Made by a program: the position numbers and the translations under genes. A DNA stretch of 32,760 bases from Octopus bimaculoides (lineage: Eukaryota). Positions 23,181 through 32,760 of the stretch are shown in pieces. The stretch is from contig NC_068986.1 of assembly GCF_001194135.2 (NCBI RefSeq), positions 2,695,230 to 2,727,989 on the forward strand, given 5' to 3'. The number at the start of each line of letters is the position of its first letter. Position 1 is the stretch's first letter. The notes beneath the pieces were generated by a model. The model made no database searches, was not told the DNA's origin, and saw only the letters and a list, made by a program, of their open reading frames with translations.

Positions 23181-23877
23181 CATGTATAGGCGTAAACATT
23201 CTCCAAGGGTATAAAGAATAAAACCAGACATACATAGGCACAGATCAAGTTTATATCTACTTTTACTGTGGTCACCATCAGAATCTAAAGATATACAGAA
23301 ACTGGACAGAGGTGAGAATGCAGCAGGGTCTTTGTAAGATGAAACATTGTATGTCAGAATGAGAAGTGTAGACATCAGCAAAGCAGGGCCAAGGCATGAT
23401 AGGGTATGATCCAGTGCTGGACTACATTGGCACCATTTAGTTCATAGGAGAGTTTGAGCAAGTATCAGGGAATAAATACACAAGTGTGCCTCCACCCCGA
23501 GTTCGCTTCTTCATACCTTTCAGAAAATTGATGTTTTTTAAATGTAACTTTCTACAAATACCTATCAGATGGTATAGATTGCAATTATATTAGAATTTGA
23601 TGTGGAAAAAAATCAATAAATATAATTTGATAGGCGCGCACACATACATACTGATCTACATCATAAATATATAAAAATGAAACTTGAAATTTTGTAAAAA
23701 AAAAACTGTCAACACCCACTATTTTATATATATACACATTAAATTCCGATGTAATCGTAATCTACACCAACTGAAAGGTATTTAAAGAAAATTTCGTTAA
23801 AAAATATTTTTCTGAAAGTCCTGATGAACAAAACTAGGGGTATGCTATCAGTTCCCTAATGTCTCTTGCTTTTCATC

Positions 23878-23921
<44 letters not shown>

Positions 23922-24599
23922 GTCACTCATCATCACTTTCTTTAGCACAAATTCCCCTATGGTTGAATGGTATATCTCTGGAACCATAAATCTATTGATC
24001 TATGGTTCCATAAATCTATTGACCTACTTGTACATTTGGTTACCTACGTGACGAGATATAAACTACCAGACGAATAATCAGAAAATCGATTAGATCAATA
24101 GTCTCTTCTGGGAAAATGCATACATCTGTGAAATGGGTGTATATATATAAGCGAGGAAGAGCCAGCTGCGTATGTATAATGATACATATAGAAAGAGAAA
24201 CACGTATATATGAGCGAAGGGAAAACTAAAATATATGAATGATAAAGAAAAATATACGAGTGAAAAAAGTGGGATGTATATGGGTGAGAGAAACACATAA
24301 TTCCTGTTGTATGAAACACGGGATTACTAAACAAAACTGAAGGAAATGCCCCACACACACCAAATTCCTTGAGAGTTATCCCAAAACTCTGCTTTGAATT
24401 TTTTAAAATTGTTAATTCCATAATGAAAAAATTATTTCAATCAATGAACGTCTTATTTACCACTCACTACATTCAAATTAGATGACAAAATATTTCATAT
24501 ATCTACTTAATAACTATCATCAATAAATTTTTCATTCATTTTTATTTTCAATGAAAGAAAGAAAAACCCAAAGTTGAAATGATTAAAGGATGGAAGGAA

Positions 24600-25040
24600 T
24601 ATAAAAACGATTCCTGTTAAACGTGCTGTAAGGTGCAGCCTCTACGCGATCGCTCACCTGTTGCATTGACTTAACAACCAAATCTCCCTTTGATTACTCA
24701 ATCCCGTCTTAAAACAATGAACGATACGTTCGCTAATGTTGTTCTAGATATGCAAAAAGACGAGATGGTCAAGGTTGGAAGTTTTTGTTATCATTTACTT
24801 AGCTCGATCACAGCTAACTTAAAGCTAAACAACGACCAAAATATATAAAGCACGGTTACCTAATGGTTTTAATAATTTCCTGAGGCAAACTATTTCTATA
24901 TATAATTTATCGTTAAGCTTACCTATTTTAATGAAGTCAACATCGAATTATGTGCGGATTAAAAAAGCGCTAATTAGAGAAATATAAGCAAATGTATCGA
25001 ATGAAATCCATTTTCGGCTGTTGTCAATTATGGCGGCAGT
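24600..25040. promoter_or_regulatory. Candidate promoter / non-coding first exon for B9D2
   Basis: Local CpG retention, a strong minus-strand donor CAG|GTGAGC at 24658/24657, and a YY1-like ATGGCGGC at 25030-25037. B9D2 needs an upstream non-coding exon. Confidence 0.35.
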
Positions 25041-25573
25041 ATCCATAGTAACATTCTTATTTTCGTATAAAAACTTTAGGAAATCAAATTAAGATTCTAA
25101 AATCTATTGAAAATACAAAATATGTGTTACACTAAATTTATTCTTATTTTCAAACCATCCAGTTAGACTTTTTTTTTAGGTCTTAGGTACGTATTTGATA
25201 AGCCAAGCCATATGGGAGAAGATGAGGAAAAGGACTTTTTTTGCTCCTACTTTTTGACCAAAGTTATAACGTTTCCAAGAGCTATCCAGAATTGAGAGGG
25301 TTGGGATAATCGAGTGAAATTAGAACTGCTATATACGCAAATTAAACCTTGGGAGTTAGTTTCAAAAGGGAAAAGTCAATTGAAAGAGAAGAAATAGTAC
25401 AAGTGTTATGAGGCATATCATAATTATCCACGTTTGGAGAGTGGAAGTTGTTGTGTTTGAAACAAATAGGGACACCTCTAAATAATGACCCAATGTCTGT
25501 ATAGTACTGTTCAATGAGATATTTCCCATGAAGCAAATTTTCTTGTGGGTATCATTTAAGGTGTGCATATGTG

Positions 25574-25850
25574 TGTTGTGAGAGTTCTGCTCTCGGATTT
25601 CAGAGGGACACCCTAGTACTCTGATTCATATTAGATATTAGCAGTGGCATTGCTTGAGTGCATACTGGCCAGAGCAGCCCTTCAGTTGGAAGTGAACCTC
25701 TAAGGATATACAAACTAATACAGCAAACCGTAAAGTGCTGACCTCATAAAAGCATCACTAGTGCAGACCAGCCACCTGCCTACCCAGCTACATTTCTACA
25801 CGTTAGTTGCAAAGAGTCCCAGTATTAAAATAAAGCTTTAGTAATATACA
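25574..25850 (+). mobile_element. Possible short solo LTR
   Basis: GC-elevated block starting TGTTGTG, with CATAAAAG and AATAAAG near an ACA end. No clear TSD. Confidence 0.3.
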
Positions 25851-26159
25851 CATGATGATATAATGGAAGGAAGGTTTTATGATACTTTTGGGGTATCTTC
25901 TGCTTCCATTATAATTATTCTGTTGATTCATGGAACTGGAAATACGAAGAATGAAGTTCTCAGGCAGAGTAAATTCAATAACCGTTTACTCACAGGTGTT
26001 TCGTACAAGGAGTTTGCTTTCAATAACCATCTTCACAGCAGTACTTAGTTAGCCTTCTCTCCCATACACATAAGGTTCAATAACCTCTGGAGACAATGCA
26101 TGTGGTATCACAGCGGGACAAATCTCCGCTGTGAGCTCCTGGTTTCGAAGTCTTGCTCG

Positions 26160-26425
26160 GTGTCAGATGTCTACACCAGGCTCCAATCTGATCTGGCAGA
26201 GTTTCTACAGGTGGATGCCCTTCCTAATGCCAACCACTCTGAGAGTGTAGTGGGTGCTTTTACATGTCACCGGCACGAGGGCCAGTCAGGCAGTACTGGC
26301 AAAGGTCATGCTCAGCACAGGAGCCAGTCCAGCGGTACTGGCAACGCCCTCACTCAAATGCTGTTTTTCATGTACCACCAACACAAGTGCCAGTAAGGCG
26401 ACGCTGCTAACGATCCCACTCGTAA
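26160..26425 (-). mobile_element. RTE 3'-UTR fragment lacking the tail
   Basis: ctccaatctgatctggcagagtttctacaggtggatgcccttcctaatgccaaccactctgagag matches the family. Confidence 0.75.
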
Positions 26426-26492
26426 GGTGCTTTATATATATATGTATGTATGTGCGTGTGTGTGTGTAGACCAAAACCCACATTCACATATG

Positions 26493-26900
26493 CAAGGTGC
26501 ATTCCAGAGTTTTTGAAACGTTTTCAGGAGACATTTATTACTTTCAAAGAAGTACAAAACTCTGATCCACTTCAATGTAAGATCCTCTGACTTCAGTGCA
26601 CTTGTAGTGCTCCATCGTTTCATGAAAACCCTACAATAGCTCCCCAGGACCCTTGTCACAGTGTCCTTAATCTTCTCTTCAGCTTGGGGAACAACCAAAA
26701 CTCACAAAGAGAAAGGTTTGGACTGTAAGGAAGGTGAGGAACAGTTTTGATGTTCATCCCAGTCAAGTAGCTGGTTGCTAGGATGGAATTGTGGACTGGT
26801 GCAGATGCTCTGGCCTTCTGTAACAAAATCTCTTCTTGAAATCCCTCAAAACCTCCACAAAGTACTCTTTGTTGATCATCTAGCAAGAGAGAACCCAGTG
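26493..26900 (-). mobile_element. Mariner/Tc1 transposase C-terminal remnant with 3' end
   Basis: Reads APVHNSILATSYLTGMNIKTVPHLPYSPNLSLCEFWLFPKLK, matching the mariner PYSPDLAPxDFxLFP motif, followed by a frameshifted terminal helix. Confidence 0.85.
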
Positions 26901-28362
26901 GATACAGATGATGGCTTTGCTGATGAAAATCTAAAAACTTTGAGATAATGCCCAGTTAATTCAAAACAATATGGATAAATAAGCATTACTTTTGACAAAA
27001 TAATGTGAATGCTAAAGGGTTAAAGTGCTGTTACAGCCATCAGGAATAAAAAAAATGTTGACTGGTTAGCTTATTAAATGAATAGTAATGATATAATAAA
27101 ATTACAATAACCTAGCAGTTATAACTGTCTTACCTAAAAATAGTCTAAAAACTCTGGGATTACCCTCATGTGAATGTGTGTGTATTTCCTAAACCAATTC
27201 ACCCAGAAGGCATTGGTTGACTGAAGGTTATAGAAGAAAAACCATATAGACAAGGTACCATGCAGAGGGACTGAAGTTCAAATCATGTAGCTGCAAAACA
27301 AACATCAAACCTACATAAGCATGTGTATGCTAATATTTAACAACAATAAAGTAGGTTCAATGGTTTCAATGTCATTACTTTTCAAGTAATAACACAATAT
27401 TACATATTTGCAGAGCTCATGTAGTACATTTAGCTTTTTTCTGTATTTGATTTTCGTATTGCTTACCTAATAAATCAGATGAAACATGCAGTTGTCAACT
27501 GGTTTTAGTTTTTCAGAGGCTTCACGCTGTGTACTCTAGCTACAAGAGCATGCTATTTATTCAGGATACCCATTGTTTTAATAATGAAAGCAAGAGTTGC
27601 AAATGTATCTTAACATTCTCTTTTTCTTCTATTTTGTTTTTGACTTTGAAAACACTACAGTTAAATAATTATCTGAAATATAGTGTAAATTCAATGTATC
27701 ATAGCTGAAGTTTTCTCTCTGCTTTGTACTTTACTAACAGCTAAAGTCTGTTCGCATCATGAAAAATACCTTGAAAAGTGCATTGTAATAATAAAGCAAT
27801 GAAAAAGTGGATAATCTGCAAAATCAAGTAAGTTTGTGCACCTGAAGAAATTGGTTTTAACCTTTCCATGTGAGATAAAGGAACAATTATGACCTACTCA
27901 ATTATAGAGAAAAAAAACACTAAATAATAAAAGTGAGGGGAGAGGTAAAAAAATAAATATTTTTTGAAAAACATTTTTTTTTTCAATATCAAATTTATTT
28001 TGTGTTTAATATAGAAGTATTACAAAAAAAAAAAAAAAATTATCTCTTCCTTCACCCGGAGGTATGGGACTTGGAGCAAGGATAATTATTCCAAAACGTC
28101 ATAAAGAAAATCCATTTGTAATTATACATTAATTTGATTTCTGAATTTCAAGAAAAAAATTGCTTCTTTAATTACTAAATAAGAATATGAGATATACCTG
28201 TAAAAATGAAGCAACAAAAAAGTGTATAATCTACAAAATCAAATAAGAAATGGATTTTAACCTTTTCATATAAGATAAGGGAATGATTATGACCTACTTA
28301 ATTACAGTGAAATAACTAAATGGGAAAAGATAATTACATACTTTAACGATTTTGTAACTAGT

Positions 28363-29256
28363 GATCATCATCATTGTTTAACGTCTGCTTTCCATGGGTT
28401 GGATGGTTTGAGGACTGGCAAGCCCGGAGGCTGCACCAGGCTCCAATCTGATCTGGCAAAGATTCTACAGTTGGACGCCCTTCCTAATGCCAACCACTCT
28501 GAGAGTGTAGTTAGTGGGTACTTTTTACATGCCACCAGCACAGGAGCCAGTCAGGTGGCACTGGCATTGACCACACTTGAATGGAGCTTTTTAAGTGCCA
28601 CCGGCACTGGCATCAACCACACTCAAATGGTGCGTTTTATGTGCCAGCTAGGCAGCACTGGCATCGGCCATGACTACGATTTCACTTGATTCAACAGATC
28701 TTCTAATAGCATTGGCCATGGCTACAATCTCACTTGGCTTGCTGGATCTTCTCAAGCACAGCATATCTCCAAAGGTCTCGGTCGCTTGTCATTGCCTCTG
28801 CGAGGCCCAACATTTGAGGGTTGTGCTTTGTCACTTCATTCCAGGTCTTCCTGGGTCTACCTCTTTCACAGGTTCCTTCCACTGTTAGGGTGTGACACTT
28901 CTTCACACAGCTGTCCTCATCCATATGCAACCCATGACCATACCAGTGCAGTTGTCTCTCCTGCACACCACATCTGATGCTTCTGATGTTCAACTTTTCT
29001 CTCAGGGTGCTTACACTCTGTTGTGCATGCACACTGACATTATACATCCAGTGGAGCATACTAGCTTCATTTCTTTCAAGCCTACGCATGTCCTCAGCAG
29101 TCACAGCCCATGTTTCATTGCCGTGTAGCATAGCTGTTCGCACACATGCATCAAAGTCTACCTTTCACTCTGAGTTAGAGGCCCTTTGTTACCAGCAGAA
29201 GTAGGAGCTCTCTGAACTTTGCCCAGACTATTCTTATTCTAGCAACTTTGCTCTCT
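28363..29256 (-). mobile_element. RTE-clade LINE, 3' part (C-terminus of ORF, 3' UTR, (GAT)n tail), decayed
   Basis: Minus strand reads VARIRIVWAKFRELL...CVRTAMLHGNETW...RQLHWYGH...CERGRPRKTW...DRDLWRYAVLEK, a typical RTE post-RT region. The 3' UTR runs on to a (GAT)n tail (catcatcat on the plus strand at about 28363). Confidence 0.88.
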
Positions 29257-29856
29257 TTAGCTCTGAGAAAGTGGTTGGTGAGAGCTGTACAAACCATGTA
29301 CAAGGATGCTGTCAGTAAGATGAGGGTTGGCAACAAGTATAGTGAAGATCAGTTCTCAGTCCCCTTTTATTCATCATAATTCTCCAGGCAATAACAGAGG
29401 AATTCAAGACAGGCTGCCCCTGGGAACTTCCCTATGCTGATGACCTTGCTCTAATAGCTGAGTCACTGCCAGAACTAGAGAAGAAGTTTCTGGTGTGGAA
29501 GCAAGGTCTAGAATCAAAGGGCCTTAGAGTCAATCTAGCAAAAACCAAAGTCTTGATAAGTAGGAAGGCAGACAAATCACAAGTCCCTTCAGATAGATGG
29601 CCCTGCTCGATCTGTAAAAAAAGCATAAGTTGAAACTCCATAAGATGTACCCAGTGTAAGCTATGGACACACAAGAGGTGCAGTAATATCAAAGGAAGGC
29701 TAACTGAGAAGATAGTGTTTGTGTGTGGCGGGTGCACAGGGGCAATAAACACTGAAGAGGTACAGAAAACAAGATTCCATCACATGCCAAGGGGAAAAAC
29801 TAGAAGTAGTTGATAGCTTCTGTTACCTAGGTGACCAAGTCAGTAGGAGGGGGGTG
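29257..29856 (+). mobile_element. Inverted 5' segment of the same RTE LINE (RT domain with YADD and an inserted C4HC3 finger), pseudogenised
   Basis: Plus strand reads EFKTGCPWELPYADDLALIAE (YADD 29433-29444)...GLRVNLAKTKV...CSIC...CTQC...HKRC...CGGC...KLEVVDSFCYLGDQV. There is an in-frame TGA at 29631 and a later frameshift. Confidence 0.88.
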
Positions 29857-29899
29857 GGGTGGATCAAGGGACTCATAATATCCCAACAACACAAAACAC

Positions 29900-30600
29900 A
29901 ATGCCTGAGAGACTGAGTGACATGTAATCAAGCAATGTCACTAACCAGAAACTATGCTAGGCCTATGGAGGACATTTGTCCTCAGCCATCAGGACTACTG
30001 CTCTCATCTGTGGTCATCTTACAGTGTCGGATTCATAGCAGAACTTTAGGCAGCTCAGTGAAGTTACACAAGGAAGATTGCATTAATGGAACAGCTGAGC
30101 TACTGGGAGAGGCTGAAAGAGCTATGACTCTACTCCCTGGAGTGAAGATGGGAGAGGTATGTAATTATATATGTGTGGAAGATACTAAAGGAGCTGGCAT
30201 CAAACTTTGGAACTGAGAGTTATACCAAACCCCCAAATGGACGCCACTGCACTATTTCAAAGGTCCAAGCAGTCCCATCTAGGGTGAGGACCATGTACTG
30301 TAATAGCTTGGGATTCAAGGGTCCACACCTATTTCACGCCTTGCCAAAACATCTTAGTGCTCTCCATGGAGTTGGGGAGGGGGGTAGATGTTTTCAAGAA
30401 ACAACTTGACCCCTTGCTATCCAAAATCCCAGACAAACCAATATCAAGGGCTAGAAACTCAAAAAAGGGCAGCAGTGTTGAATTCGCTCCTTCGCCAAAA
30501 ACCAATCACATATGATTGGCCATTTAAAAGGTGATTACACTGGCAGTGCCCCAGCATGGCCACAGTCTAAGAGCTGAAACATATAAAAGAATAAGGAATA
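29900..30600 (+). mobile_element. CR1/L2-group LINE 3' fragment, decayed
   Basis: One frame, with stops, reads LWRTFVLSHQDYCSHLWS...QLSYWERLKEL*LYSLE*RWERYVIIYVWKI...GPHLFHALPK, followed by VFKKQLD..LSKIPDKP. This is a classic CR1-like post-RT region ending in an AAGAATA-type tail. Confidence 0.8.
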
Positions 30601-30739
30601 CATACACACAATTGAGTAAAAAATACATACACGAGAACACACACCTTCACTCACTCTCTCTCACATATATATATACATACAAAAAAGGTGCAACATATGT
30701 ATTTATGTATGTACATGTATATGAAAGATAATGGGTGTA

Positions 30740-30998
30740 CGTGTGTGTTTGTGTGCTGAAAACAACGCGCGCGCACACACACACTATCTTTCATACACAC
30801 GTACATCTTTCACTTTCCCCTCTCACTTCAAAGCAAATGTTGCCTTCCACACGTCATGAAAACAAAAGTCAAAAGAACTTTAACGAAAATTTACAAACAA
30901 CCAGCTGATCCATTTGATACTTAAAACGACGAAATGCCATTTCTAATCCATTTAAATAAATTGTCACATTGCCTTTCTTCCGCCCCACCCTCAACACA
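30740..30998 (+). promoter_or_regulatory. Probable GGACT proximal promoter
   Basis: CpG-retaining stretch (acgcgcgcgc, cacgtc, acgacg) and a CCGCCC GC-box at 30980-30985, just upstream of the ATG. Confidence 0.35.
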
Positions 30999-31259
30999 AT
31001 GTCTCGTTTCAATCTCATCGTTCTAATTTCTTTACTCTCCTTTGTTTTATGTTTACCTCTTATCATGACGGTTCAGCTGGAACGTGTCTTCGTCTATGGT
31101 ACACTCAAACGTGGTCAACCCAATCATTTTCTAATAGAAAATGTAACAAACGGTTTGGCTAAATTTATAGGCGATGCAACTACTGCCCTTCGGTACCCGT
31201 TGGTCATTGCTTCTCAATATAACATCCCTTTTCTGTTGCCATTTGAAGGGAAAGGAAAC
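30999..31259 (+). CDS. GGACT: Gamma-glutamylamine cyclotransferase (GGACT/A2LD1, AIG2-like GGCT fold), first coding exon; remainder in the gap or beyond the window
   Basis: RVFVYGTLKRGQPNHFL...YPLVIASQYNIPFLL matches the GGACT signature (human VFVYGTLKRGQPNH...YPLVIAGEHNIPWLL). It ends at a strong AAC|GTAAGT donor at 31260 (phase 0). The start is uncertain: ATG 30999, ATG 31065, or a splice acceptor at 31075-31076. Confidence 0.88.
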
Positions 31260-31428
31260 GTAAGTGTAAATACGCCAAATTTATTTAATTTTATTTTTTA
31301 ACGATCCATTCAAGATTAAATTAATGTAATTTCAATTAGCCCTAGGTCTATCTCGATATGTGATCAAAGACGCTCCAGCCGTAACAAGGACTAAATAATC
31401 TAATGCAGTAATCTTCCAACTTTTCCTT

Positions 31429-31937
31429 NNNNNNNNNNNNNNNNNNNNNNNNNNNNNNNNNNNNNNNNNNNNNNNNNNNNNNNNNNNNNNNNNNNNNNNN
31501 NNNNNNNNNNNNNNNNNNNNNNNNNNNNNNNNNNNNNNNNNNNNNNNNNNNNNNNNNNNNNNNNNNNNNNNNNNNNNNNNNNNNNNNNNNNNNNNNNNNN
31601 NNNNNNNNNNNNNNNNNNNNNNNNNNNNNNNNNNNNNNNNNNNNNNNNNNNNNNNNNNNNNNNNNNNNNNNNNNNNNNNNNNNNNNNNNNNNNNNNNNNN
31701 NNNNNNNNNNNNNNNNNNNNNNNNNNNNNNNNNNNNNNNNNNNNNNNNNNNNNNNNNNNNNNNNNNNNNNNNNNNNNNNNNNNNNNNNNNNNNNNNNNNN
31801 NNNNNNNNNNNNNNNNNNNNNNNNNNNNNNNNNNNNNNNNNNNNNNNNNNNNNNNNNNNNNNNNNNNNNNNNNNNNNNNNNNNNNNNNNNNNNNNNNNNN
31901 NNNNNNNNNNNNNNNNNNNNNNNNNNNNNNNNNNNNN
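31429..31937. other. Assembly gap (others at 4517-4648 and 12500-12660)
   Basis: Runs of N. Confidence 1.
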
Positions 31938-32649
31938 CCTCTAAAAAGTTTGTAGATTTTTAAGGACTCACAGTGTATAGGGAAATTGCGTGGTACCAGC
32001 CCAATACAAGGGTCCCGGAAACTACAAAATTCAGTGTGTCAAAACGAAAGGTAGCCAAAATGTTTCGGATTCCCACGTTTTAGATGTTGGAGATTACGAA
32101 TATGCATAAATTAAGTTTTCAAGATTTTAAATTCAATAAGCATATAGATATGTGTATAAAGAGATAGATAGATATGAATGTCTTCCTGGGGCTAAAAACA
32201 ACAGTAGTACCGTCTTCTATAGGACTGACACATTTAGTTGATAAATATATTTTATGAATCAACGGACAGGGATAAATAGAGAGACAGCCAAATAGATGAA
32301 TGGATGAAAAAGGTCAAAATTTAAAATTGGGAGAGGGGTGAAATTTGGGCACCTTATTAAACTTAATAACATTAATTATTAAACATTAATGTTTGTTTCT
32401 CATAAAACGGTGTATATTTAATTTACATTAACTTATTATTTACGATTATTTAAGGCAAACACAAGTAAAACGCAAATTCTTTTCTCTTTAATGTTTTTGT
32501 CTGTATTTAATATCGATTTGTATCTGTTCATCAATTCGTTACGATCTCTTTGAAATAAACAAAATCAAAAATTTAAATTGGGGGTGGGGATAAAAGTTTT
32601 TTTATTTTTTGCATATTCGTAATCTCCGACATCTACAACGGAAAAATGT

Positions 32650-32760
32650 TTGCTGAAGTTGACTTTGCCATTCATCTTTTCCAAGTCAATAGATTAAGTA
32701 CCAATTGAACACTGGGGTCAATGTAATCAGCTCTCCTCTCCCCACAAAATTCGACACCTT
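32650..32760 (+). mobile_element. SINE family A partial copy (runs off the window)
   Basis: gaagttgactttgccattcatc...gattaagtacc...cactggggtcaatgtaatc. Confidence 0.7.

Noticed and set aside
23234-23284. 51-nt minus-strand exon-like piece (DSDGDHSKSRYKLDLCL)
   Set aside because: Joining it to the 22226 acceptor creates a TAA, and the donor is weak.
23980-24024. Small hairpin GGAACCATA...TATGGTTCC with a 15-bp direct repeat
   Set aside because: Likely a small local duplication or repeat fragment; no further support for function.
24095-24421. Minus ORF MELTILKNSKQSFGITLK..., superficially PDZ-like or QTRT2-like
   Set aside because: Similarity is too weak, there is no convincing acceptor or donor, and the tail is low-complexity.
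4752-28730. CRISPR-like or other regularly spaced repeat array
   Set aside because: The repeats are irregularly dispersed retroelement ends in eukaryotic DNA, with no constant spacer length and no cas-like ORFs.

Overview
AT-rich, microsatellite- and repeat-dense eukaryotic DNA with three assembly gaps. An octopus or other coleoid cephalopod is inferred from composition and repeat types, not proven. Two genes are recognisable: a complete three-coding-exon B9D2 (ciliary transition-zone protein, 175 aa) on the minus strand (21211->17033), and the first coding exon of a GGACT/AIG2-like gamma-glutamylamine cyclotransferase on the plus strand (about 30999-31259), with a possible hydrophobic N-terminal extension. 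Much of the rest is decayed mobile DNA: RTE LINEs of three subtypes (one 5'-inverted, with a PHD-type finger inside the RT), many copies of the RTE 3' end with (GAT)n tails, a CR1-like LINE 3' end, three tRNA-derived SINE families, mariner remnants, a TTAA-flanked MITE and possible solo LTRs. The first ~11 kb has no recognisable protein but looks like the alternatively spliced 3' part of an unidentified plus-strand gene. It contains several exon-like segments readable in phase 0 (two followed directly by AATAAA), TGCATG motifs, and a plus-strand-only cluster of 14 CCCGA motifs that I cannot explain. Most ORF-track entries are microsatellite or repeat artefacts. No prokaryote-type system (CRISPR, operon) is present.
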